Source: Takakia lepidozioides
Lineage: Eukaryota; Plantae; Bryophyta
Assembly (NCBI GenBank): GCA_030704615.1
Contig: CM060731.1
Span: forward strand, 21,824,001 to 21,888,000
Direction: 5' to 3'
Length of the DNA: 64,000 bases
Each line of letters opens with the position of its first letter. The stretch's first letter is position 1. The position numbers and the translations under genes were made by a program. The notes under the pieces were generated by a model. It saw only the letters and a list, made by a program, of their open reading frames with translations. It did not search any database and was not told where the DNA came from. Shown piece after piece: positions 14,548 to 27,778 of the stretch.

Positions 14548-17500
14548 CAAATTACCAAGAGTAACTTGGGAAATTGCTCATGAAGTTTTTTTTGGAGGAA
14601 ACTTTTCCATCAAGATACCTCCTTTGTTTAAGAAAGTTTTTCCATCAAGATACCTCATTTGTTTAATGAAACTTTTTAATCAAGAAACCTCATTTGGGGA
14701 AGCCTCTTAAGGAACCGCCTAGTAGTCAGTATATATAGCAGGCGAGACTGCACACTCTTTAGTCTCGCCAACACAAGTTCAAGCTACTCTTGTTCCCAGT
14801 CCCAGTACTCCAGTCCAGCTTCCAGTACTTCAGTCCAGTTTCCAGTATCTGGTACCCAGTCCAGTTTCCAGCATTCCAATATTCGAGTCGAGTTCCAATA
14901 TCTTGTACTCTTGTCTATTGTTATAAAGATCATTCTTAATTCATGTTTACCCACCATGCATTCGGCCACGCCGACCTTGATTTTTTGTCTAGTCTTGTAC
15001 CTCTAGTCTGGTCTCTTGTTTGAGTTTAGTCAAGTTCTCGTCATTGACAGTTTGGCGAGACTAAAGTTTGTTCCTTAATTAGTTAAGATAAAAGGCATAT
15101 TTGCGGAAATGGTCGCCACATTGCAGAGTCTTCAGCTCCAGATGCAAGAATTTCGTACCTCTACCGCCCAATTACAAGCTAATCAGTCTCAAGATCTTGG
15201 CAACGCTCTCCACAATTTGCAACAACAAATTTCAGAGTTAAAGGAGTCGAACAATGGATCTTCAACCATACGACTCTTTACTGCAACAGCTCCTACTGCA
15301 ACGGTTCATCTTCAACAGATTACGAGAGAACCAAAGATCAGCATGCCCGAGAAATTTGATGGGACAAGATCAAGATTTCGCGGTTTTGTTCAACAAATAC
15401 GACTGTTCTTACGATTACATCCACAATGCTACCCCGATGAAGGTAATCAAGTGGGATTCGTGGGCACCCTTCTATCAGGCACTACCATATCTTGGTTTGC
15501 ATCGCTATTAAAAAAAAAATGACATTTACTATACAATTTTGAAGCATTCATGTCCAAGTTCACTGCAACGTTTAGAGAAAATGATAGGGAGAGAGTTGCA
15601 GAGACAAAGATGCGAAATCTTCGACAATGAGTACGTCGTGCTTCCGTTTATGCTGCCGAATTTCGACAACTTGCGTGCGACCTCGACTGGAATGAGAAGA
15701 GCCTCATAAGTCAGTTTCGATGTGGGTTAAAGGATGATGTAAAAGATTTATTGCTGACAATGTCAAACGTGAGCACACTTAGCGAATTCATCACCCAAGT
15801 CATTGCATGCGATAATCGTTTGTTCGAAAGACGTCAAGAAAAGCGATCTGGATGGTCGACGACGAATCATGCCGCTGCTACTACGGCACCTAACACAACG
15901 ATCCATCAGACATCCAGTAAGGATCCTATGCAGATTGATGCTGTCCGATTCAAGCCATTGACGCCACAAGAAAAACAAAGACGGCGCTCGAATGGATTAT
16001 GTCTCTATTGCGGAGAAGAAGATTACATAGCATTAAATTGCCACATCGACTGGCGATCGTGAAAAATTTCTGCAAGACAGAAATGTAGAAATATCAAAGG
16101 TATTCAACCTCTGTTCCTTGGAGCTAGAGATTTCATGAGAGCTACCAAAAAAGATGCGGCATTTGCACTTTATGATCAAGACCACAACAGACAAAGGTAC
16201 TTCGACATTACACACTCAATATCAAGATTTCAAGGATGTATTCGAAAAGAAAAATGCAGACATATTGCCAGAACATCGACCTTATGACTGTGTAATTGAG
16301 TTACAAGAAGGAGCCCAACCACCATTCGGCCCAATCTATAACTTATCCCAGATGGAGTTGGCTGCATTACGTGAGTACATTGATGAAAATTTGTCGAAGA
16401 ACTTCATCCGACATTCAAAATCACCTGCGGGGGTGCCTATCTTGTTTGTGAAAAAGAATGACGGATCATTGCGCATGTGTGTGGACTATCGCGGTCTCAA
16501 CAAAGTCACAATTAAAAATCGTTATCCGCTGCCGCTAATTTCTGGGCTTCTCGACCGACTGGGACGAGCAAAGATTTTCACCAAAATTGACTTGAGATGA
16601 GCTTATAACCTTGTACCGATAAAAGAAGGAGACGAATGGAAAACAACTTTTCGAACAAGGTACGGACATTTTGAATAGAGTGTTATGCCTTTTGGTCTTA
16701 CAAATGCTCCAGCAATTTTCCAACATATGATGAATGACATCTTTCGAGAATTCTTAGATGACTTTGTAGTCATCTATTTGAACGATATTTTGATATTTTC
16801 ACATAATGAAGAAGAACATGGCCGCCATGTACGCCTTCTCCTTGATAAATTAAGAGAAATAAGACTATATGCCAAGTTGGAAAAATGTCTTTTCCATCAA
16901 TCTGAGGTCGAATTTCTGGGCTACATTATTTCCGACAAATGCGTCTTTATGGATCAGAAGAAAATACAAACCGTCATCGAGTGGATTAAACCAACTTCGG
17001 TCCGAGATGTACAATGTTTTCTGGGATTTGCAAATTTCTATAGAATCTTCATCAATGACTACTCCAAAATTGCTGCACCATTGACACGACTCACAGAGAA
17101 GGACAAATTTGTATGGGACGAGAAGGCTGACCATGCATTTGAAAGGCTGAAGCAGACATTTACAACGGCTCCATTACGCGTACATGTAGACCCATCTAAA
17201 CAATTCTTTTTGGAAGCCGATGCATCGGATTTTGCACTTGGTGCGGTACTCTCTCAATATGGTACAGATGGCCGACTCCACCCTGTTGGTTTTCGTTCTC
17301 GCAAATTTTCCGCTGCGGAGATCAATTAATGACAAAGAACTTCTAGCAATTATCGATGTTTTTGAGGAGTGGCCTCATCTATTGGAGGGAGCTAAACATC
17401 TGGTCACTGTCTATACCGATCACAAAAACCTCGAGTATTTTATGAGTGCTCGTGTTTTGAATCGACGTCAAGCGAGATGGAGTATGTCACTAGCAAGGTT

Positions 17501-18872
17501 TGATTTTGTTATTACCTACCGTCCCGGACATCTTCAAGGAAAACCAGATGTTCTTTCTCGACGGTTGTATCCTGCACCTAAAGAAGGGAATGCAGTTTTG
17601 ACCAACAGAAATCCATCATCTTGAAACCAGCAAATCTCCAATTGAATATGCTATTAATGTCCACCTATAACAATACAGAGATCATAAAGGAGATTCAGGA
17701 AGCACTGAAGGGCGACCAATTTGCTACGACACTACGAAGTCAACTAAATCGACCTCGAGACAACCCACATGTTACAAACGACTTCGAATTCAAAGATGAT
17801 TTCATGATCTTCCGGCTGTAGGACATTTCAGCTTCAACAAAACAATGGAATTGATATCCATGGACTATTGGTGGCCGCAGATGTGGAAACTCGTGAAAGA
17901 ATTTATAAAATCTTGCGACACGTGTGCTAGAGCGAATGGACCACGACATTGACCTTACGGCCTTCTTCAACCAATACCCATTCCCAATGGTCCATGGTCG
18001 TCCGCGTCTATGGACTTTATTACGGACCTTCCAATTTCCAAGACCACCGATTCAATCCTTATTATTGTAGATCGTTTTACAAAGATGACACATTTCATTC
18101 CATGTAATAAGACGGTTACCGGCGAGGAAACTGCAAGACTCTTCCTCAATAATATCTACTGTATTCATGGACTCCGAAGGACATCGTATCTGATCGAGGA
18201 CCACAGTTCATATCAAATTTATGGAGGGGATTATTTCACATATTGGATACTAAGATCAATTTCTCTACAGCTAATCATCCACAGATTGATGGTCGAACCG
18301 AACACGTAAGCCAGATTTTGGAGCAGTATCTTCGTTGTACGATAAATTATCACCAAGATAATTGGACGGACCTTCTGTCATTGGCTGAGTTTGCCTACAA
18401 CAACACTACACATTCTTCAACCAAGAAAACTTCATTTTTCTCCAATTATGGTCATCATCCTCGAGCAAATCATTTCCATATGAAGACTGTTGGAAGCCCT
18501 GCTGTAGAAAACCTTGCTACTCATCTTGCTACGATTCATAAGGAGCTTACATTCCACCTCGCAGAAACTCAAAAACAATACAAGGAGTATGTCAACTCCA
18601 ACCCCAGTTCAAGGTCGGAGATCGTGTTTGGCTTCTTCGACGGGACATACAAACCTCGCGACCATCAAGGAAGTTGGATTATCAACGTCTGGGACCATTC
18701 AAAATTATTCGACAAATAAATCCTGTCAGTTTTCGGCTTGAACTCCCACGAAGTATGCGCATCCATCCAGTCTTTCATGTTTCATTATTGGAGTTGTAAC
18801 ATCCATCGAATATTCAAGGGAGAATTTCCGTATCACCTCCACCAATCGAAGTCAATCAGGAAATCGAGTATG
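14548..18872 (+). mobile_element. Ty3/gypsy chromovirus, Tcn1/Tf1-sushi-like, decayed copy 1 (5'-truncated LTR 14548-15049, gag, RT, RNaseH, integrase; protease deleted; truncated at start of chromodomain)
   Basis: gag EPKISMPEKFDG...CLYCGEEDY; [39 protein letters not shown]; RNase[14 protein letters not shown]; integrase MDFITDLP...IVDRFTKM. Stops and frameshifts are present. The LTR is homologous to 41843-42386 and ends ...CATTGACA at 15049. Confidence 0.9.
15052..15066 (+). promoter_or_regulatory. Self-priming primer-binding site (complementary to predicted transcript 5' end at 14757-14771)
   Basis: TTGGCGAGACTAAAG begins 3 nt after the LTR end (15049) and is the exact reverse complement of CTTTAGTCTCGCCAA (14757-14771). 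The latter lies ~27-40 nt downstream of the start of TATATATA (14730-14737). Confidence 0.75.
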
Positions 18873-20805
18873 ATTCCTCTGATTCTGATGAAGAAGAAGA
18901 AGTGAGTGAGGATGAAGGGAAGAAAGTAGCTGCAGACATGCAAAGTAATGAAGGGACTTTGGCTGAAGTAATATGCCAGACCAAAGCAAAGATTACCATT
19001 GGACAGCTATTGGCTGTGGCACCTTATTGTAGACACAGGCTGTATCAAGCAATCAATCGAATTGCCCAGGAGACGGGAAACACAGACCTGAACAGCAAGG
19101 TGACCAGTTATAATGTGAAGCCGGAAGGGCGAGAAACAGTCATGGACTTTGATGATTCTATGCCAGTAATCCAATTGAGAATTGGAAGCACAGAACTAAC
19201 TGATGTACTGATAGATAGAGGCTCTAGAGTAAATATCATGACAGACCAATTAAGAAAGAAGCTTGGTCTAAGTAACATGAAACCAGCCCCATTTACAGTA
19301 ACAATGGCAGATCAAAGGAGTGTACAGCCATTGGGATTAATAAGAGGAGTTAAGATACAGATACAGAAGATGATCTTTATGATCACAGTAACTGTGTTGA
19401 AGATGGATGAAGTCATGGAGGCTTACTCCATATTATTGGGACGTCCGTGGCTGAAACAGGCCAGGGTATTCCATGACTGGAATTCTCAGTTACTAACCGT
19501 GCATAATGGGATGCACGAGATACAAATTACTACAAAGAAATCTAGTAGATTACCTGCTACGAGAAGACCTCAAGGAGTCAGAGAGTATGACTGGAGAGGA
19601 GGACTGGATGAGGAGCAAGAAGCTACCATGTTTGCTGCACACCCAGAGTGGGAGCAGGTTGCAGAGATGCGGCTGGAAGGCCTAAGTTGTTTAAGAAGTA
19701 TCTGCTGTGGTGTAGTGTCAGCAACACCAATTGAAGAGGAAACGAGCAGTTACCCATCACATTTCTATGAAGAAAGAGAAGGAGAAATGGAAATCCTAGA
19801 GGAACCAGCCACTGTGAGTTTACAGGATGAAGTGGTGACTGGTTGGTGATGAGCAGGTGAGGGAAGTGAATGTGGGAGCTGAAGAGGAACCGAGGATGGT
19901 GAAGGTAGGAGCTGAATTGGAGCCAGAATTCTTTGAAGAAGCTAAGAGTTTGTTCATCAAATACAGAGATGTATTTGCTTGGAGCTATGAGGATCTAAAA
20001 GGGATACCACCTGAAATCTGTCAGCATAAGATTGAACTGGAACCAGGATCAGTACCAATCAAGCAGGCAAGGTACAGAATGAATCCAACTATGCACAGAA
20101 GGTTGGAGAAGAGATCAAGAAGTTGGCTGAGGCTAAGTTTATATACCCAATAGAGTATACAACTTGGTTGTCACCCATTGTGATAGTTCCCAAGAAGAAT
20201 GGTAAACTAAGAGTTTGTGTGAACTACAAGAAACTAAATGCTTGTACGAAGAAAGATCATTTCCCTTTGCCATTCACAGAAGCAGTATTGGACATTGTGG
20301 CAGGCCATGAGATGTACTCATTCATGGATGGCTTCAGTGGTTATAATCAAGTGCAAGTGGCAGAAGAAGACCAAGGAAAGACAGCTTTCATCACAGACTG
20401 GGGTGCTTATGCATACAAATTCATGCCCTTTGGACTTTGTAATGCACCAGCAACCTTTCAGAGAGTGATAAGTGAATCTTTTCATGAGTATCTGGATGAT
20501 TTCATGCAGGTGTTCTTGGATGATTTCAGTGTGTACAGCTCTAAGAATGAGCACTTGCATAAATTGGAGTTATGTCTGGCGAGATGTAGGATGAGAGGTC
20601 TGGGCCTGAATCCAGAGAAGTGTACTTTCTGTGTGAACTCAGGGGTGCTTCTGGGACACGTTGTGTGTAAGAGGGGACTTCTTGTGGATCCCAGGAAAAC
20701 AGAGGCCATTAAAGCCTCTCCACCACTAGTGAATGTTAAGAATCTAAGGAGATTCCTTGGACAAACCAGCTATTACAGAAAATTTGTCAGACGGTATGCA
20801 CAGAT

Positions 20806-21529
20806 TGTCGCACACCTCGATTCGGTAAACTCCCCTTCAAGTCATAGTTACTCGCTTTGATGCGCGCGCCTGACTCCCAACCTGGCCGCCGGGCCAACTT
20901 GGAGTTTCGGCTGCTCACCGGGACATAACGGTCCCCTTCCGCTTCCCTCTAAACCCTCCACCTATTTGGGACTAGGAGAATTCCCTTTGGTAGATGGCAG
21001 TCCGGAACAGCTCCCCACTCTTTGGTCGCTTTCCGGCTCGCTCGCTTACTCACTAGTTTTTGGTCACCAACGGGCTTGCACCGTTCTCGGGGTTACTACT
21101 CCCTATATATACTTCTGTAGCTGTCCGCGGGGGTTTCATAACCAGCCATGCCATTTTATGGCGAACCACCACGAAAACCCTCGACTCCCGGTGGTGAGTC
21201 GCGGTGAGTCTTGGCCCACTCACCGCGGCCCCAATGGACCGTGATGAGTCCCAAGACTCCCCAGGACTCCCACCTCGAGGTCTCCACCCCATGGTGAGTC
21301 CTATGCCACCCCCACTAAGTCCCACTAAGCTACCACCACCCCTTGTGGAGCCACCTACACCGCAACCCGGTGTGCGGGGCTCCACCTAGTGAGCGCCTCT
21401 GCCTCCTTGAGTGCCTTGGGCACTCAAGGGTGCTTCAGCCCCCCATACCTATCGCCGCCGCTGCCCCCACCACAGGGGCAGCCCCTCATGTGTCCCGACC
21501 CCCTGCCCTCAAGGCAAAGGGCCGCGACA
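20806..21529 (-). repeat. 3' LTR of nested Galadriel-like element
   Basis: Direct repeat of 27056-27778; TGTCG...CGACA termini. Confidence 0.95.
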
Positions 21530-22435
21530 CACACCCCTACCAACAGGGAGTCGATGTCCTCATCGACTTGTCCATTTTGTAGAAACGAACATCCAAGTTG
21601 TGGCGTCCCACATCAAGGAGTTTGTTTCCGTACCATGGCGTCCCATGGCAAAGAACCAAACCCCACACTTGACTCCACTCTCCACTAGCTAGTTCGGCCG
21701 ACTTCCTCCAAGTCCCGGCCAAAGGTGGAGCCTCTCCAGCTCCTCCCAGTGCACTCTTCTTGGCCTACTTCAAGGCCAAGGAACGATCCTCCCCGAGGAT
21801 CGAATCGCCTTACTGCAACAACATTGCTTGCGATCGCTCATGATGCCGCTTTTGGCATCACCTTGAGCAAGGGTTCACCTGAAACCCTCTTTGACTAGGA
21901 AGATAACCTTGAACCAACCGTGCGCCCCAATCACTACAATTGGGTCCGCCTTGGAATGCTGGCCTGAGGTACGGGAACACGCCGAAGCCGCACTACGACT
22001 TCGTCCCGAGGCTACACGATTATAGTACGTGAACGGAAGCACGTAGCTTCCGCGTTAGCCCGCACTACAAGGCAACCCCCTCGGTAGCGCAGTTATAGTA
22101 CGCGCACGCGCCAGGTGCGCACTAGCACTTGAACTCCCAAATAAGGCGCAAGTTTCCTTGCCCCTTGGATGGGAGTCACCCGATTTCGGCACTGCGCAAA
22201 CACACGATTAACCCAATTTACCTCTCCCACTTTTGTAAGCTAGCATGCATTCTACACACCAGCCAACCACACCATGCATCACCATTCCAAACACAATAGG
22301 ACGCACAATATTTGGAACCCATTTCCTTTATCACAAATTTTTGTACAATACAAGTTTTTGCAATCGGATTCCTGAGCTAGCTAAACCGGGCTAAGCATGC
22401 ATTTCCTCCCCCACGCTCCAAGGTTGATGTCCCCA

Positions 22436-25400
22436 TCAACGCTTCTTCCGCTTTTGAGGTCGCCCTTCGAACGCTGCAACTGCCTCGGATGCGTTTCCCA
22501 TTTCTGAGGCACGCACCCAAGATGCCTCCACAAGATGATAGCCCTTCCATTTGACGAGATACTCCGTTTCTCGGTTCTTGAACCTCCTCGACTTAAGTAT
22601 TGCCTCCACCTCGTACTCGGGTTCATTTTCATGATCCAACAGCATAGGTGGCGGACGCAATACTTGCTGCCGATTCGGACGTGCTTCATCTTTGAAGTAA
22701 GGCTTCAAAAGGGAGACATGGAATACTGGGTGCACCTTGCTGTTTGCTGGCAGCTCCAATTCATACACATCCTCATTCATAACCCTCCGAATGCGAAAGG
22801 GACCCGCATACGGAGGTACGAACTTCGGACTCATTTCCGGAGGTAGTCGAAAATTCTTGATGTTCAACCAGACCTCTGTGCCTGCCTCAAACTTCACTTC
22901 CCTCCGCTTCCGATTCGCCTGCCTTTCATACCGTTTCCTAGCTTTGGCAATGTTGTACTTTGCGAGCTTCAACAAACGCTCGCGTTCTTCCAGTACCGCC
23001 GCTACTGCCGGTTCCTCAACGTCCTGGGCGGCCCAACTTGTCGGCACCAGAGGTGCTTTTCCATAGACCAACACAAAAGGGGAAACTCCCGTCGCGGAGT
23101 GTTCTGTGTTATTATAACAGAACTCTGCCGCGTCTAAGTGTTCCATCCAGTCTGATTGGTCTGCCGACACGTAATTCCGCAAGAATTGCTTCACTACGAA
23201 TTCACTCTTTCCGTTTGGCCGTCCGTCGTAGGTCGGAAGGCGGTGCTCATCTTCAGCCTCGTCCCCATCTTCTTCCAAAGTGCTCTCCAGAATTTACTCG
23301 TAAACTTTGGGTCGCGGTCCGAGACAATATCCTTCGGGACTCCATGATGCTTTAAGACGTGGGCGAAGTAAAGTCGCCCTGTCTCCTGCGCAGTAGCCGT
23401 CTCCTTGGTGGGGATGAAATGGGCCATTTTACTGAACCTATCTACCACCACCATGATTGCATCGAATCCTTTTGACAGCGGCATAGCAGTCATGAAATCC
23501 ATCGAGACGCTTTCCCAAGTCCCCTCTGGAATCGGCAAGGGTTGTAACAGCCCCGCTTGCTTTTTTATACTCGCTCCGGTTTTGTTGGCATGTGGTGCAT
23601 GTCTTTACATACTCCTCTGCCTCCTCCCTCAGTTTGGGCCAGAAATACTCTTTCTTCAAGAGTGCCGCAGTGCGCTTGGCTCCACCGTGGCCCGCAAGCG
23701 GGCTATCATGGCATTCTCTCAAGAGACTATCCCTGATCCCTCCCTTTGGCACATAGAGACGTTTTTGCTTATACCGGAGCAGTCCGTTTTGCAAGTGGAA
23801 CTGCGATTTAACCCCCATTCTCAAGTTCTGCATCACGCACTTTGCCAGCTCATCCTTCCGGCAAGCCTTCCGGATCTTCCTTTGGAGCGCCGTCTCGCCC
23901 TTGTACACCAACAAGAGCTGCTGCTTTCTACTTAAAGCATCGGCCACCACATTGTCCCGTCCCGGTTTGTACTGGATATCCACGTCGAACACTGCCAAAG
24001 TATCTTGCCACCTAAGTTGTTTTGGGGACAACTTGGGCTGCGTGGCAAAATACTTCACCGTGACATTGTCCGTGAACACCTTCACTGGGTTGGAACCAAC
24101 ATAGTGGCGCCAGAGTTCAAGGCAATGTACCACCGCCTTCATCTCTTTTTCGTGCGTCGGCCACCGTCGATCCACTTCATTCAGTTTCTTACTTTCGTAA
24201 GCCACTGGACGTCCATCTTGCATAAGTACACCCCCAATTGCGAAGTCCGATGCATCTGTATGAATCTCAAACGGACGATCGAACTCCGGGATTTTTAAGA
24301 CTGGAGCTTCCGTCATCCGCTGCTTCAATTCAGCAAAAGCTTGGCCACAAAATGTGTTCCATACCCAGACTTTGGATTTACACAGAAGGTCCGACAGCGG
24401 CCCCGCGATCTTGGCGAAATTTCTCACATACTTCCGGTAATAGGAGGCGAGTCCTAGGAAGGATCGCACTCCCGGGACCGAAGTCGGAGGCTCCCAGTCC
24501 AAGATCGCCCTCACCTTTCTGTCATCCATTTTGATCCCATCCTGTGTAATCACGTGCCCCAAGAACTCCACTTTTGTGACCCCGAATTCGCACTTTGAAG
24601 CTTTGGCATACAGCTTCCCTTCTCGCAATTTTTGGAACACCCTTTTGAGGTGCTCCAGGTGCTCCTCCTTTGTTTTCGAGTACACCAAGATGTCGTCGAT
24701 GTACACGATCACAAAGTCATCCAACCACTCCTGGAAAAGGCTGTTCATCAGCGTGCTAAATGTTGCTGGTGCATTGGTGAGCCCAAAAGGCATCACCAAG
24801 AACTCATATGAACCATACCTTGTCCTGCACGCGGTCTTCTCCTCATCTCCTTCCGCCACCCGAATTTGGTGATAGCCGGAGCGCAAGTCGATCCGGCTGA
24901 AATACTTCGCTCCTGCCAACCGATCGAAAAGAGGTCGTCGATCCTTGGCAAAGGGTACCGGTTTTTGATAGTCACCTTATTCAGAGCCCTGTAATCGACA
25001 CACATCCGCAGCGTCCCATCCTTCTTGTCTGCAAATAGCACCGGGGCTCCGTAAGGTGACTTACTCGGCCGGATGTACCCCTTTGACATTAGATCTTTGA
25101 GCTGAGTCTTCAGCTCGACCAACTCTTTGTGGCTCAACCGGTAGGGCGCCTTGGCAGGCGGTTCCGATCCCGGTATCACCTCAATTTTGTGGTCAACTCC
25201 TCTTCGCGGTGGCAAGCCGCTTGGTAAATCCTCCGGCATCACATCCTGGTATTTCTCCAAAATCCCCTTGATCCAATCTGGGCTCGGCTCCCCATCGCCT
25301 TCTCCTTTCACTTCTCTAATGTAAAGCAAAAACTGGGACTCGTGTGTCTCCTCCACGGCCCACTCCTTTGCTGATAGAAGGTTTATTCGCCCTCCCACGG

Positions 25401-27000
25401 ATTTGGGCGTTTCCGACACTCGTAAAACCTCGCCACCATTCCCACATGGCAGCGTGACTACTCTCTTGCGGCCATCTATGACCGCTCCGGATTTGCTCAA
25501 AAAGGTCATTCCCAAAATGAGATCCACTCCATCGATCTCGCAGATAGTGAAGTTCTCACGTCCCTCCCAACTCCCCAATTGAAGAGGAACATCAAACGCC
25601 AACCTTGTCGCCAACTGAGGTTCTCCTTTGGCAGAGCGCACCTCAATAGAGGCCCCCACGTCACTTGTCGGGAGTCCCAACTTTCGCGCCGCCGCCGGCG
25701 TCATGAAGGAGTGCGACGCTCCTGTGTCCACCAACAACGACACATTAGTTCCGGATATTATCCCATCCACGAACAATAACTGACTCCCTTTTCGTAAGGC
25801 GCCAGTTTCCTGATACAACTCACAAGAAAATTTGCCTACCTTGCAAGTCCTGGCGACCACCGCTTCCACCAAGCGACTGATGGTATCTTCCGACAGCTCC
25901 GTGGTCGCCCGAGTCATGTTCAATTGCCGGGGCTTCGTGCACTTCTTGGCCATGTGCCCGGGCTCCCCGCAATTGAAACACACTCCATCAAAGGTCGCCT
26001 TCTGTCCGCCATAAGTCGCTCCACCCGCTTTTCCTTTCGAAGCACCGGGTGCCGCCTTGACGTGTGAGGGACCTCCCTTCGATTTCCACGTGCCATTTTC
26101 GCCGCGTGGCCTATCCCACTTCTTTTCCGGTCGGGAGGAGTCACCTTCCCGCCGGGTCTTCTTGTGGTTCAGCTCCGTACGGCCTTGTCTCTCACCCCTA
26201 GGGACATCCGAGAAACATTCAGCTCCTCTCAATTGCCTCGTTCAAAGTCTTGGGTGGCTTCTCCTCCAACTTCCGCCTAGCCCATGGGGCCAGTCCCGCC
26301 ACAAAGTTGAAGACCATTTCTGGTTCTGCCATGTCCGCGACTTCGAGCAACAGCACATTGAAAGCCTGGACATACCCCCGAATGTCATCTGTTTGCTTCA
26401 AATTCCTCATCTTGTCCCGGGCAAGCCAGGATGCGTTGAGGGGCACAAACTGTCTCTTCATCAATTCCTTGAACTCACTCCAGTTCAAGGTTTCCGGGCT
26501 TGGGCCTCGGTCGTGAAGGCGTTTCTGCCACCATTGTTGAGCATAGCCCCTCAAATAGGTGGGAGCCACTTCCACCCGATCCTCGTCACTCAACTTGGCC
26601 GCCCGGAAGTACTGCTCTAGCTCCAGGAGCCAGGTGTTGAGTGCCTTCCGTTTCGAACGCCCTCGAAGGTGCCGGGTTCCTTAGGCTTCACCTTAAACTT
26701 TGCCTTGGTGGAAGTGGCATTAGCCGCCTTCAACACGTCTTTCAACGTCCCGCCAAACTGCGCCAACAACCCTTCCCAAAAGGCTGCCGGCATGGGAGGC
26801 ATCTCTTGGTTTGTCGGAGCTCTCAAAGATTCCTCGGGCTCCGACTCCTCGGATTCCTCCCGCTCCTGAGCGGCCTCGTTTTCGGAAACATTAATCGCTT
26901 CCTCAAACGGCCGCCTCGGTGACACGTCGCCCCCATCGGGCTCACCGGGGTCATCATCTTTTGGGCCGTTCCGCTTTCGCTTCGGCTTGCCCGACCCCAT
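22436..27000 (-). pseudogene. gag-pol polyprotein (gag, zinc knuckle, protease, RT, RNaseH, integrase, chromodomain), broken by ~5 frameshifts
   Basis: [14 protein letters not shown]; [11 protein letters not shown]; SPYGAPVLF...CVDYRALN; YIDDILVYS; [12 protein letters not shown]; [10 protein letters not shown]; chromodomain YEVEAILKSR...YLVKWKGY. Confidence 0.92.
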
Positions 27001-27055
27001 GATGAGGCCAATCCCAAGGACGATCGCGTACTGAACTCTAAGCTCTGATACCAAG

Positions 27056-27778
27056 TGTCGCACACCTCGATTCGGTAAACTCCCCTTCAAGTCATAGTTA
27101 CTCGCTTTGATGCGCGCGCCTGACTCCCAACCTGGCCGCCGGGCCAACTTGGAGTTTCGGCTGCTCACCGGGACATAACGGTCCCCTTCCGCTTCCCTCT
27201 AAACCCTCCACCTATTTGGGACTAGGAGAATTCCCTTTGGTAGATGGCAGTCCGGAACAGCTCCCCACTCTTTGGTCGCTTTCCGGCTCGCTCGCTTACT
27301 CACTAGTTTTTGGTCACCAACGGGCTTGCACCGTTCTCGGGTTACTACTCCCTATATATACTTCTGTAGCTGTCCGCGGGGGTTTCATAACCAGCCATGC
27401 CATTTTATGGCGAACCACCACGAAAACCCTCGACTCCCGGTGGTGAGTCGCGGTGAGTCTTGGCCCACTCACCGCGGCCCCAATGGACCGTGATGAGTCC
27501 CAAGACTCCCCACGACTCCCACCTCGAGGTCTCCACCCCATGGTGAGTCCTATGCCACCCCCACTAAGTCCCACTAAGCTACCACCACCCCTTGTGGAGC
27601 CACCTCCACCGCAACCCGGTGTGCGGGGCTCCACCTAGTGAGCGCCTCCGCCTCCTTGAGTGCCTTGGGCACTCAAGGGTGCTTCAGCCCCCCATACCTA
27701 TCGCCGCCGCTGCCCCCACCACAGGGGCAGCCCCTCATGTGTCCCGACCCCTGCCCTCAAGGCAAAGGGCCGACGACA
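27056..27778 (-). repeat. 5' LTR of nested Galadriel-like element
   Basis: Direct repeat of 20806-21529; followed on the - strand by the tRNA-iMet PBS. Confidence 0.95.

Larger units (their letters stand above)
20806..27778 (-). mobile_element. Full-length Galadriel-like chromovirus LTR retrotransposon (young, nested)
   Basis: Two ~99% identical LTRs (20806-21529, 27056-27778) with TG...CA ends; tRNA-iMet PBS TGGTATCAGAGC (27042-27053, - strand); purine-rich tract adjacent to 21530; target-site duplication CAGAT (20801-20805) / GAGAT (27779-27783). Confidence 0.95.

Noticed and set aside
14140-14553. Possible MITE (AATTTTGGGTGCA / TGCACCCCAAATT inverted repeat around AT-rich core)
   Set aside because: Short imperfect inverted repeat, no TSD found, and the right side overlaps the truncated LTR.
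20966-21722. Pro-rich ORFs in the Galadriel-like LTR
   Set aside because: A by-product of GC-rich LTR sequence; frames differ between the two LTR copies.
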